Positions 14,631 through 27,747 of a stretch of DNA of 64,000 nucleotides are shown in pieces. A program made the position numbers and the translations under genes. Positions within the stretch are counted from its first letter, which is position 1. Each line of letters starts with the position of its first letter. This stretch comes from Tubiluchus corallicola (Eukaryota > Animalia > Priapulida): positions 566,660 through 630,659 of the forward strand of contig JAQGDQ010002366.1 in the NCBI GenBank assembly GCA_030141605.1, in the 5' to 3' direction. The notes beneath the pieces were generated by a model. The model made no database searches and was not told where the DNA came from. It was given only the letters and a program-made list of their open reading frames with translations.

Positions 14631-15139
14631 CCGTCCCACAACTTTCACTAACCCAATTAGAGTGTTTAACCCAGATATCACTCGCTTCGCTTTTTGCTGT
14701 GCTTTGCCGTAACTCTGCAGTATTTTGACAAAAAAACTGGGAAAATTCAAGAGCTTCTAAAAAAATTTGAATGTTGATTTTAAGTAAAAGACAGTTTCCT
14801 GTGTAACGACTGAAAAAATATGAAAAATCTTTATTCTGCACATGACTTTAATGAGTCGTTTAATTAAAAACAGTTTAGTCAAACAATTAAGATTTACTGT
14901 ACGGCTTTATTAATATAGAGCCACATGTTTTCGGCTCGTCATTTATATTTTTGGTAGATAATTTGTTTATTTCTTCGTCCCCCTTGTTTGATTTTTCTTT
15001 ATTTGTTTGTTTGCATACTTGCTTGCTTTAGAGTATCAATTTGCTTGTTCGTATACTTGTTTGTTTGCTTGCTTGCCTAAGTGCATACGCTTGCATGATT
15101 AAATTGTATGTGAGTATGTATGTATGTGTGATTGTTTGT

Positions 15140-15190
15140 TCGTCTGTTTGTCTGTGTCTCTATCTGTCTGTCTGCCTACCTGCCTGCCTG

Positions 15191-15247
<57 letters not shown>

Positions 15248-15420
15248 GTCTCTCCGTCTATCTGTCTGTCTGTCCGTCCGTCTGTCTGTCTGTGTGTCTC
15301 TCTCTGTGTCTGTCTGTCTGTCCGTCCGTCCGTCTGTCTATCTGTGTGTCTCTCTATCTGTCTTTGTCTGTCTACCTGTCTGTCTGTCTGTGTGTCTGTC
15401 TATCTGTCTGTCTGTGTTTG
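15140..15420. repeat. (TGTC)n microsatellite
   Basis: Directly visible. Confidence 0.95.
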
Positions 15421-17756
15421 GTGGACCGATTTATTTATTTATTTATTGACTGCACTAATTTAACACTATTCAGTTACCTTTTTTTCCAAAAAAACTCCAC
15501 AAAAGTTTCGCAATGATAACTGCTTGTAGGGCGCTTATCCAGATCCCTAAAAATAAAGGAGACGGAACATTGATCCTTATCATATTTTACAATGCACTCT
15601 AGCAGTACGCTTTTACTGTGAAGTTATTCTTTATCATACATGAATATCAAATGATTTGCACTCCTTCAAATGGTCAAATGGTTGGAAGTGTGACAAAATT
15701 TATGTTTTTTCTTTCTATCCATCTGGACGCCCTGCGTTTCTTGGGTATGTAACAATTCGTTTAAATCTGTCACAATTAAACGCCTGCTCAGTCCTAATGA
15801 AGTAGATAAATCTTGCGTAAAATTGTTATTTTACCACATATTTTACCAATTTTACCATAGCCAGTCAAGTTCAAGGGTGTCATGGTCATTGCCTTAGAAT
15901 TTGAAACCCGTTCCAACTTCGACTCGAGGAACAGTTGCGGATGAACTATTAAGCTAACTAGGTTTCACCCTAGGAAGCTCGGAACGCAGATTGGTTGGAA
16001 AGAAGCAAAATTATTTAGTTTCGCCATAATTTTATACATTGAGCAGTTACTTCTCCTTTCAACAGTTGTTAATGAAAGTTATTAAGCTAAATATTAACTT
16101 AATCATCCGGCACTCATGCGTACTGAACTAGACTTCGTTCAGTTGATTTGAAATACTTTATACATACTTGTTAATAAAAAAAATAACGAAAATTTCTCAA
16201 ACTAGAAATTAGTTACTTCAGCTAAAATAACTCATTGTAGCCGCAACTGATTTTATTATTATCAGTATTGTAAAGTCTGCCAATGCTTTCCCAGTCAACT
16301 CCTTAATATTATTCATCCACCATTTTATATTGAGGAACTGTTTTTCTCTGATTGTTTTCCCAACGACTTGTTGTTCTTGATGACGTGGCCATTACACTTA
16401 GCATTCATTTCTTGGTCACCCAAAAATGGTTGTGTTCGCCATCATCTTCTCCAAGACAGTTATCTCTCATGTGTTTTTTTGACGCAGTACACATTGCTGC
16501 AGCAGGTCCTTTCGAAAACCATCAAATTTTCTCCTTTTCTCAAGTCCCATACCCCAAATTCACCCAGTCTCTCTGCACTGGGCAAAAATTTTACCTGACC
16601 TCAGCAGTCTGTTCACTGGTTCACGTCGGTGGTCCTAAATTTTTCCACCTTTGCTCGCACCTGTGGAGCGCAAAGTAGATTTGGCGACAAGTTAACAATC
16701 ATTGTATTTTCTTGTAACATTCTTCCAATTGCGTACTGCATTGCAGAAACGGCTGTAAGTTTCGGTAGCTCTTTTAATAATGCACGACATGTAGCATTTC
16801 TTAGTTTTTAAAACTTTCTTGAATTTTAGCTTTTATATAACATTTTTGTGTTGAAATAAACTTTAAATAAAAAAATAAACAAGCAGCATTTTAAGACCGC
16901 TTATTAGAATGTAAATAAAAGAAAATACTTTGACACGTCGCGTAATGATGACATAGAAATGCAATTTGAAACTTTGTGTAATCAGTTTTTAAAAAATTAA
17001 GAATTGTCAACTTTAACCCATTAGTGCAAAAGAACCTGATAAAAGATCTGTTTTGAGACTAAAAAGTTAAACTTTTTGTTTACCGAAAAAGAACTATATG
17101 TAGTCAGTAATGAGTTCTGAATGTAAACGTATTAGGCAGTACTCGAAGGCAGATCGAAATATTGAGATTCAACAAAAAAGTTGTGCGCTTCTCGACACGT
17201 TCCTATAGGATCATTCAAGGAGACACTAGATAAAATGCTTAGGGCATACAAGATCTTCACTGTTAGCCTGAACTTTACAGATTAACTTTGTGGAGGTTCA
17301 TGGTGAAGCATGATTTTTTGCTTACATTAGTTGTTATGAAAAACGACATTTAATCGGACAAACTACATGTAATTTTACATCATGAGCACGAAAAAAGTCT
17401 CAAAAATACCTTCAATGAGAAAATTGGAAATGGAAGCAGATACTTTGTCTCAATGCCTCCTCAAGAGAAGCATATCGCAGGTAAATAGGATTTGTTTAAG
17501 TTTTTGATGTTTCCCTGAATTAATAGAAGAAACTTTCTGAATCCAACTCACTCCTTCCACAAAACAACGGATTTGTCAGATGAATTGCCGTTGTTGTCAA
17601 GTGTCAAATTTGCGTCACACTAAAATTGTATCTATAGAATTAATAATTGCCCATTTAACTATGAGTATGAAAACATGAACGTAAGTATATATATGGTTCT
17701 TACATGGGATAAGTGTACGTCAAAAAACATCTTGGATGTTGCAAGGCTGTGGTCAG

Positions 17757-18070
17757 CAGGGCCGGCCCACTGGGCAGTTGCCCGCGAGCCCCACGAGCAC
17801 AGGGACCCCATGTTATTCTATGTATGTGCTTTTCAATGTTTATGTTATATTGTTAAAACGTTTGTGTTGATTAATGTCAAGTAATTTGCTGTACTGCACG
17901 TTACTTTCTGTTTTAACACTGATTTTGCTGGAAGTACCAATACAATAAATATACGTTTAATTTTATCGACCATTTGCATTTTTAGTCCTGTGACTTACTG
18001 TGTAGGTAGAGGGCCCAGTGTGTAGGTAGAGCTTTGCCCGGGGGCCTACAATGCTGTTAAGACGGTCTTG
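17757..18070. mobile_element. hAT-type MITE
   Basis: Termini CAGGGCCG...CGGTCTTG, flanked by direct repeat (G)TGGTCAG at 17749-17756 and 18070-18077. Confidence 0.7.
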
Positions 18071-19607
18071 TGGTCAGAAACTGCCACATTACCAGAATAC
18101 AGCTGAGCTTTTTTCACTATCGCCAACAAGCGAAATTTCAAATATGCTATTCTTTGGTGTCCAGCATCCAGGGTTTAGTTAGCTAATATCCAAGACTGCT
18201 AATTTGAACAATGAAGACGGCTCCTAGATAAACTGGGTACTACTTATCTAATGTTGTCTTTTCATTTACAATCTCTGATTGTCTAACGGCCTAGTCCGTC
18301 TTCTTTATCTTACTTCGCATGTTTATTATATGCAAAATATATAATATTTCGACAAAATGCGTAAATTCAAAGTTGGTTCAAATGAACTATGTAGTAAGAT
18401 ACAAATTGCATGTTAGTAGGGATCATTTTCCAAACTTACGGATTATAGAAGCAAATAACATAATAGATAAAACAAAAAGAAACGAACAATAACGAAAGGA
18501 TGTTTTTCATTTCACGGTCAGTTACTGCCCGTCACACACAAACGTTTTCTGAAAACTAATTTTGCCCTCCAAAGTTCTTAATTAATTTATCTACGCACCA
18601 GTAACTAAACAATTTTACACTTTTATTAAGGAACAATAAAGAATATAATGTGCAATGTACAGGTGCTGAATAAAATTCAGGCGTTCGAGTTCAAGCGTCT
18701 GCGCAGTTTAATATTAAAACAAACAAACGTGACATAGCAAAATCAAGATGAGTTGAAAATGATCTTCACACTTTATCAACTCTTTCTTTTGCGCTTCAAA
18801 AACGATTCCTAATGTAGGTATGTGACATTCATAAAGTCAAAGCGACAACAATGAGCTGATATAGTACCGTAATAGCGTCAATCTGGGACTAGGTCATTCC
18901 GTTACACTGCAAATTCTGCTCTGATACCAACGCCCATACAACACCAGAAAATTTGCTAATTATTTCAGACTCTGCAAGCCCCTGTCTCTCAGGTGATTAT
19001 TGACGAGTGAAGGGAACAAAGCATGAAATTAACTACAACAATGATGAAAAAGAATTGACTTCAAGGTTAAGACATTAAGCGCATGGTTACACGTTCTTTG
19101 TTTGCAAAGGTTTTACTTAAAAAGTAATAATCAAGTTACTGCTTTTCATCATCGTAATGCTGTTTTGTTTATCCCATAAGACTCGTCACACAAGGCAGCA
19201 TTGATTATAAGGATATAGTAAAAAAAAGTAAAGATATTGAATGCATGTCCACAGAAAAATGAAATTCGTATAACTAATTTGTTAATTTTCAAGAAACATT
19301 TTTTGGAGAGAATTCCATACATCAGAAGCCCGGAAAAGAAATCGGATATATAAGTAGCTGTTCTACATTTATATATGTCCAGGGTAAACCTACGGTACGC
19401 TGCAGAAGGATGAGTACTATGAATAAACTGTGGGGTTTTTGGAAGCAGTAACGACACCTCAACGAAAGTAACGATCTTAATAGAAGTAGCCTAAATAATA
19501 GATAAAATAGATAATAATGGATGCCATAGGAGCCAACTTTGATGATCAAGGGATTTCAACAGGGTTGATCCTTGATTAGAGCCTATTCCGTTCATTCCAA
19601 TCAATAT

Positions 19608-19699
19608 TCTGTTCTATTCTATTCTATTCTATTCTATTCTATTCTATTCTATTCTATTCTATTCTATTCTATTCTATTCTATTCTATTCTATTCTATTC
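19608..19699. repeat. (TATTC)n microsatellite
   Basis: Directly visible. Confidence 0.95.
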
Positions 19700-21312
19700 C
19701 TGTCTAGCCCAGTCAGTTCCACTTCATTCTGTTTTCTTCAGTTCTAATCCATTCCCCACATTTTTCATAAATTTTATCCGTGCCTTTCTGTCTTCAGCTA
19801 TTTTCTATTCAGATGGCACGCTGCGATCCGAGCAACTCTTCACTACTACTACTACTTCTGCAAATTTCGATGACTTATTCTGTTTCAAGGGTTTTCTTAA
19901 CTGTTAATGAAAAATCATCTCAATAAAGAAAAAAGAAATGGTGTTTATTAACTGTGTCTCTGTGCATTTTTCTTTTCTAAATTTATCTTTCTTCAAGTTG
20001 GATATGTTTTGTAGCGTGTTAATATTAAGAAACGGAAAATTTTTGAATTCGGCAATTTTATGTGATTTTTAGGTTACTCTTTTGTGATGCACCTTATAAA
20101 TAGATTTGTTTCGCCGTGAAGCCGGTCTCGTTCTCATTCTCGTTCATGTAATAAGTTTTTTGCCAGTTTTTACATTGTAACGACGATAGAGTATTCTAAC
20201 TTTGTATTCTAAATTTTTAAGATAAAACGGACACTGTGTTGACAACGCTACATGGCTTTCAAATAACACATTCGCGAAATGGATTCCCTGACAACAATAA
20301 AAATTTAGCGTTCTAAACAGCATATTATGGTAGCTGGGCAGAAAAAATTAAAGCAGTGAATAACCCAATGCTTCACATTCCGGATTAGTTTTCTTTTTAA
20401 GTTTTCACCTGACACAATCGAGTTTTCTTCTTTTAATTAACTGTGGAATAATTCGTTAATTGTACCCAGTCTCATAATTAAAAATTAAATTTACGTTTTC
20501 CTAGCGGTGCTAAAACTGCAATTGCGTCTATTTACATTTCTAACAATCACTAATTATACTACCATTATTTCAAACGGTATAGTTAATGCTCTGCTCTCAT
20601 AATCATAATTTCAACAGACATTCCATTGGTTGCAATTGCTTGGCATTTAGTTCACAGTAATGAGAGTAACTGCTCACCCGTCACCCCAGGCGAATATTTC
20701 TCCGAACAGATCGGTCATTCCGAATCACAATAGCCATTGTCCTTGGCATGAAAACTAACTATTGTTTATTACTTGATTGTCAAATAAACAGCCAACTTGC
20801 TAAAATTCAACTGAAAAAAGAAACAAAGGCATCTGATTTGGAGAAATAATGTTTTTTCTTACGCTAAATTATACGTTTATTTTGCTATGAATAAATATCA
20901 CTGATCTAATTATCTTCCTACCGAGAAAATCAAGGCTCTGATCAGTGAGCGAGTGATTCGAAAATGCTATTAATGTTCCCTACAGAAAATTTCAGCAAGG
21001 TAAACAATAATAAACTAGATTTTAGCAACAATAAATTTACAAGTTCAACTCTTAATTATTCTTTACTACAATTATTGAATTATAACACTCAATTAAAACT
21101 TTAATTTCATGGCTGCATAATCTTAAAAAAAATCAACTATATGTAACAATAATTATGCATTTTAGCGATTGAAAGTGTTTTATACTATGGAAAGATATAT
21201 ATTACATGCAATCTTTCTATGTAATCGTTTTACCTGCAAAATTTCTATAAGCTGGTTTTCCCCATTTACAAAAACAGGAGAGGTTAATTTTTTCCAAACA
21301 AGAATGTGAAGT

Positions 21313-21378
21313 CATTGGGAGAGTACAAGGGAAGAGATAAACCTACATTGGGAGAGTACAAGGGAAGAGATAAACCTA
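21313..21378. repeat. Perfect 33-bp tandem duplication
   Basis: CATTGGGAGAGTACAAGGGAAGAGATAAACCTA present twice. Confidence 0.95.
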
Positions 21379-21657
21379 TTTAACGTAACGTTACCATTTT
21401 TATAGTGCCAACGTTCTGACGGATGGCATTCAAAAACAAATGAGGTCTTTTGATCAATTATTTTTTTATTTTTTACAATCTATTGCGATTTCTATATCGT
21501 AGGTTGTAAAATCGTACTGCTTCGTAATCCTGCGTGGTTATTCTTATGTGGTCGGTATACGCATACGAAAGTTTTAAAACTCTCGAACCATTAGCCCGAC
21601 TTTTGGCTTCGATGTAGCGTCGTACAGAATTGTCGATTAACGAACATAAGTTAAAAT

Positions 21658-22706
21658 GGTACGGTAAAAATGGCACAGGAAAACATGTCACAAATGAAAA
21701 AGTAGGTAAAATTAGCACAGGAAAAATGGCACACTTAGTAATATAGGTGATTAGGGTTAGGGTTATAGTGGGGTATAATTATTTTAGTTATTTTTACCTC
21801 TGCCAAGGAAGTTATGCTTCAACACAGTTTGTTTGGTTGCTTTTTGTCTATTATGACGGTAATCTTATTATGCAAACACTATATAAACCTTTCCAAGATC
21901 GTGATTAACCACAGTTTTTCAGTGTCTCTTTTGTCCTACCCGCAATGGGTAATAATTGGTAAAATAAACCGTTATGGTTTACAAAATTCTGGCAATCATC
22001 GTCATAATTAATAGACGATTTCCTTGAAACTTTGTGAATACATGTGAGTATGGAGTGACAAAATGGGAATCTTTTCGCCGGTTCTTCTTTCGCAAAACTC
22101 GACCGGCATCACGTATAAAAACGTTCGTGGAGCACTTCATGCAGGTCTCAGAGGGAGTATTTAGTATTTCTTTTTTTATTATCTCCATCAGGACACACAA
22201 CTGCGAGTTCGTTCCAGGTTCCATTTGGAGAAAATCTAGCTTGAAAAAATGTGTAACACTGTCTATAGCCTTTGCTTATTAAGGTGTATGGCCCTGTAAG
22301 TGGAGTTGATACGTATATATTTGTCAGTCTATTACGGCGGCTAAATTTTTATTACGACGGCTAAAATTAATGTTAAAAAGGTAGGTAAACACTATGTGGA
22401 ACAGTCGTGCATTATTGATTATAAATCCATTTAATGAACAAACATTTTGTGAGTCTTTTGCTTGTCTATATAATACCGTTACGTGGTAAGTTGTTGTATG
22501 TTTGCTTGTTTATCTTTAGTTAAATTTTTTAATCAAAAGAATTAGACCAATAAGATTAGGATTGTTCGGCTTTGACAGAGATCTGCTTCCTACTGAGTGC
22601 ATTCTAGTTCTATTATAGAAATCAATCGCATTAAAAAAACATATTACCATTTTTTCTTACCGTCCCATCTGTGCCATTGTTTCCTGTGCCATTTTTACCG
22701 CGCACC
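21658..22706. mobile_element. Non-autonomous TIR element with internal TTAGGG repeats, interrupted by a nested insertion
   Basis: Left GGTACGGTAAAAATGGCACAGGAAA and right TTTCCTGTGCCATTTTTACCGCGCACC; subterminal repeats; TTAGGGTTAGGGTTA at 21751. Confidence 0.7.
21791..22609 (+). mobile_element. Helentron-associated (HINE/DINE-like) element
   Basis: 5' TTTTTACCTCTGCCAAGGAAGTTATG followed by a TTTG/TGTC-like tract; 3' subterminal inverted repeat TTTGACAGAGAT, a small hairpin, and terminal CTAGTT. Confidence 0.6.
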
Positions 22707-22949
22707 CGTATTTACGTATTAAATCGTATTAGATGTTCGTAGGTATTCGTGAATGCTCGTGGGTGTTCTTTGTAAGGGTATAATGTAAACTCTGCCCTCT
22801 GGTAAGCATCACAAGCCAAACCGTTACCTGTTTTCTCTGTCAATCTGTTTTTTCTGACGGTCGATTCCAGGAAAAAACCTGCATGAACCAAACTGATGCG
22901 AAACTGATGCTAGATTTCTCAACACTTCAGACTGATATAACTGAACATG

Positions 22950-23100
22950 AATAAAAAAGTCACAGACAAAAGTCACAGGAAAAAAGAAACAGCCCTTATC
23001 CTAACCCTAACTCTAGCTAAAAATAATTGCCACTTATTTCCTGTGACTTTTTTCCTAGCCAAAATTGTGATTTTTCCTGTGAGTTTATTACTGGTCACCA
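22950..23100. mobile_element. Small IR element with a CCCTAA core, similar in architecture to the 21658 element
   Basis: AAAAGTCACAGGAAA versus TTTCCTGTGACTTTT around CCTAACCCTAAC. Confidence 0.55.
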
Positions 23101-23399
23101 TTCTGAGAATTGATTAAAGTAATCACTAGTTAGCGTAGATTAGTAATCACTTAAAACTAGACTAATGTATTTTCAGTGATACTGATGAAAGTCTGAAACA
23201 AAAGTATTTCTCTAAATTTAAGTAGATTAGAAGAGAGAATAGAGAAGAAGAGTACAGTCATGAGGCAGGCTCTTTGCCCTGAACTATGGCTAGACATAAC
23301 TTTGAGGCACCTAACAACAGGATTCAGTTACAAATCATTGATGCAGGACATTCAGAGAGCTCACAACACAATTTCTTCCCTTTTGCTGAATATACCACA

Positions 23400-24360
23400 A
23401 CGTTATAAATTTATAAAAAAAATATAAGATTTTATTTTAACGCTCACGTTTCGAAAAAAGCTTCGAGAGCTGCTAAAAGCTGTTTAAAACCCGTGTTGAT
23501 TGCAACAGACGACAAACTTGAATGAGAACTGGCTGCGATTAAAGCTGGTAATAGTAAGCTTCTCATTGGATACTTTTACAGTCCACCAAATGCTTATGAT
23601 ATTGATAACTATTACTACATACTATATTGAAACATTGAGCATTGAGCATTTGCCATATTTATATTTGCGGGGACTTTAATTTGAATTTTGAGCTACTGAG
23701 TGACAGACTTTGTGCGTGTGACCAATTATCGAATATACCTTGAAGGATGATTTAATATGAGCTTCAGGCAGATCGTAATTGAACCATAGATGAGACTTAA
23801 ATGCTGACAGTGAATTCAGACGCTCGCTTTTAGATCTCTCATTCATCAGTTCATCAGTTTCATCAATTAGCAATTATTCAGCGGGTGCTGAGACGGGTCA
23901 CTTAACTTTAGTTGTCACTGTGGTATTAACAAGAAAGGGAAAAAAGTTGTTGATAGAAAATTCCTAGATTCTAGCTGTGCTGACTTAGTTGACTTCCGGC
24001 CACGGCTTTCTTTAGTAAAGAGCTCAATGCTCTGACTCAATGCTGGAACTTATAGCAGGATATGTTTTTATCTCAGTACTGTATTCTACAATCGACAACT
24101 TTTATGATTGAGTACTAATTACAAGTATTTTCGTCAGTTATATTTGGCAGTCAAACACGTTCGACAAAATACTAGACATGATACATCTGTTGCTACCATA
24201 GTGCGCTCCATAACAGGCAGCCTTCGTTTTATATTTTTGTTAATAATGGTTTTGAATGGAACACACTGCCATTGCCTGTAAGATTACCCACTTCTTATAG
24301 TTACCCACTATCTCTATTTCAAACAACTAATGCAGGCTTACAAATAATAAGGCGAACCTA
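23400..24360 (+). mobile_element. LINE remnant (AP-endonuclease region)
   Basis: LIGYFYSPPN at about 23562-23591 and YICGDFNL at about 23660-23683 match the YRPP and GDFN motifs; the frame is disrupted. Confidence 0.65.
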
Positions 24361-26388
24361 ATGGTAATAAGCTGGGTAGTTGGCTGTCTTTTTTATTTTT
24401 GTTTATTCAATTATTCTGCTGTAACTCTTACTTGCACCGTTTATAGGTGCGTGCACATTTTCCAATTTATTCCTTTTACACCATTGTAATTATCACTTTT
24501 ACATTATTTCTTTTTCTAATTTATGTAAAAACTTCATTCCATCTTGTATGTTTTACGCAATTGCTAATATTTTATTGATTTCAGTTTTACACCTAATTTA
24601 TTTATGTAAAATTCAAACATAATTATAGGATATGCGTTCTTATTTTAATTTCTGTTTGTCTTGTGTTTCTAAGTTCTTATTAAGCTTATCAACTTACATA
24701 GTTTCTTTTTCTAGTTCGTGTAAAATTTTATATCATCTAGTGTGTTTTGAATTTTTGCTACTTTTGTTCAGCTTCATATTACTTCTTTTTTCATGCAGAT
24801 AGGATACGCTCCTATTTTCATTTCTGTTCATTTTGTGATTTTAAGTTTTACTAAGTTTTATCTGCTTCGCATCGTCTTCTTTCTAATACATATAACTATG
24901 CTTATTTTAAGTTATGAGTGTAATTTTTAATTTTAATGTGAGTGGTCAGACTTCCTTCCAGTGAAAGACAACCATGGTATTCCGACTGTGTTATGAACAG
25001 TTTACTATACATGAATGTTTACCTAGTATTATGAATAGGTACTGTAAGTACTACGGGATGGGAAAGCCACACACCTGTCCTTCAACAAATGCATAAGTTG
25101 GAAACCAGGTTGTCGTCCTAGTTTTATTTCGACGGCTTCAGTCGGCACGTTTATAGCTATGAAGTAAAGACGTTTGCTCTGTACGTGTTACCTGCGGACT
25201 ATGTAATGTGTTGCAGTTTGGCATTTAGCATTTTATATAGCTGTGATTACAGTTAAAGGACAGTAACGTTTTCGAGCAGTCTAGATACGTTGTGATACAT
25301 TTTGTGCACTATCGGAGTTTACAGCCAAATGGATACTTGGGACAATTTGCTTAAGCCGTTATGGAGTTACTACTGTTCATGTGGAAGGTTGGACTGAATA
25401 TCACCGCCTAAATTTACCTGATGCCAGCTTCTGAGAAAGTTAAACCATTCTTGATGTTGCCTCACCTACCCCACCTACTAGACAGTGTAGACTTCGTTTC
25501 CAGTGACGTCACCAGTGATTATGTGGCATGCCAAGACGTTAATGGACAGTGAACCATCTCAGCGTGGACAGGTTTTTCGGTGTACCTCCCAGGGAAAGGG
25601 TAATTAGTGAGTAACTAGTGTATTAGAATCTAATTTGTTTATCTCTAGTTGGGTTTTGCCTCGTATTTATCTGATTGATTTTGAAAATTATCTTTTTGAT
25701 CATATCATCACAAATTTGTTAATTAAATTTTGATCGTTCTTTATACACAAAATATGTATCTTGGAGTGCGTTTTTTGAAGTATTTGAATAGTAAAAACAT
25801 TATGAATAGTTCACACTTTGTTAGCTAAACACAATAACGACAACTCAAGACCGACACTTAAGATCCCACTCGTGATTCGAACCCATATCTTTTGTCTCAA
25901 GGTACGCCCCGTAGAGGTACCAATGAGAAACTGATTCAGTTTCTAAACTACTAACGTCTGTGTACTACTACCTCACCGCTCGGCTAGGAGTACTAGTTTG
26001 GGAATTGTTGAGGAAAATCTGGTTATAAAGAACAGAAAACCAACAGGTAAAACCCGGCGTCACAGACTGCTTTAACCAAGAACTATTAATTTTTGCTTAT
26101 TTTACTACCATCTTTTGTAAACTGTATTAGTTCATCAATAACATAATTAAAAATGATAAAAAGTATAATAAAAAGAATTTTATAGTAATTTTTATCCTTG
26201 TTTGAGAATGAAGTCATCATTTCAGTGTTTGCTAGTAAACGGCCCAGACTTCGGATTATCTCTAAATAAGTTCAGTTGATTATATGGTTATTAATGATTA
26301 GTATTCTAATTATTATTACTTTAAATATTTTTTGTTTTTATTAGGTTAGGTTAATAGGCAAGCACTTCGACTTAAGTATGCGCTTGGA

Positions 26389-26440
26389 GAAGTTAAGCAA
26401 CACTGTGCCTGGCCTGCAAATGGATTGGTGTCCTCCGGAT
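26389..26440 (+). pseudogene. Degenerate 5S rRNA-derived fragment (SINE3-like head)
   Basis: GAAGTTAAGCAAC..GCCTGG...TGGATTGGTGTCC resembles the 5S internal control region (box A to box C). Confidence 0.45.
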
Positions 26441-26794
26441 TCAGTACTCGCTCTAGGGCGGCTTGATTTACCCGTAATTATATCCAGCTACTTCTCTGAG
26501 AAAATACACATTCAACATGCCTAGCAGCTTATTATTTCATCTTCCTATCACAATTAACTGCCCAACACTAAGTAGGATTCAATGCTGAATTTCAGTTTTC
26601 TATGTACTGAAATGTATACTCATGACAAAAGCAATGAGCAGCATTATTTAAAGTTCAATAGGCCGCTTATGCAAGCAAATTTTATTATCATATTCGTAAA
26701 TGCCAAGGTCGGTGAGTGTTGACTTGGTATACTATGTTAGCAAGTCTACGGCTTTTAACGAACATATAAGTAAACAGTAGGCGCATTTGCGCAG

Positions 26795-26937
26795 TATAAA
26801 AGTTATATTATAAAACGTTAACTCCAGAAAAATCGAATAAAGCATCAGTAACTAAAGAACAGTTATATCATTATTTCAGCATTGTATCATAAATGCTAGC
26901 ACAAATTTCTTGACTAATTCTTCTACGTCTGAGCAAG
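26795..26937 (+). promoter_or_regulatory. Putative TATA promoter and 5' UTR exon of the tetraspanin
   Basis: TATAAAA at 26795 and 26809, TCAGT at 26845, donor AAG|GTATGT at 26937/26938, acceptor TAG at 27720-27722. Confidence 0.4.
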
Positions 26938-27747
26938 GTATGTATGTTTAATTGCGTATGCATGAAAATTAGTAGATATTTCTTAACCTAAAAACACTAT
27001 ACTCATTATTTTGTAGGTTGCTTTTGTTAATACGATGATTTTACATGACAAAATGAGAAGACTTGGCATAATCGACTGCAGTCCTAACACTAAAGTGATC
27101 AAGTCCCAAACATTTTGGTTGCAGTTTTCCACTTGACTTTTTAAAAAAATGAATATTTTAGCACTTTTAATTTAGATAAAACTTGCCTGTCAGAAAATCA
27201 TTTTCTCAAAATTGTCTTGTGCTGTGCACTAAATTAGTCCAATTTGCCAACTCTCCTAGCAAAGAAAAGTTGCACAGAAAAGGCAGCAAATTGTTAATAA
27301 GCAATCGTAGTTTTGATACAATGTTTAACGAATTACATTTTTACTTTATTTACGAATGAAACAATACTTCCGTTTCAAACCACCAATAGGTGAAATAAAA
27401 AAACTGAAAAAAACTTTTGAGCTTAATTAATAATTATTTCAATTTCAATTAATAAATATTTCAAAAGTTTATTTGCTACAACAGTATATATATTTGTCTA
27501 GAATGTATATATTTAACTATATAACCTAGAACTAATTGTTTTGTTAGCTTTTAAACCAAGTAAAAAAACAGAGTTAGGAACTTGGTACTCGCTACTTGAA
27601 CTCGAGTCGAAAAATTGACACTTGGATTTGATTTGAGATTCGATCAGCTTGCTAATATACTATACTATATATATAGTATATATTCGTAAATAAAGTATAT
27701 AAATCACATACTTTCTTAATAGATCAAGATAAGTTACCGATACCAAA

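Noticed and set aside
15041-15516. Three overlapping 105-140 aa ORFs (SVCL repeats)
   Set aside because: Stop-free (TGTC)n microsatellite.
21751-21766. TTAGGG repeats as a telomere or chromosome-fusion scar
   Set aside because: Only 2-3 units, embedded in a TIR element.
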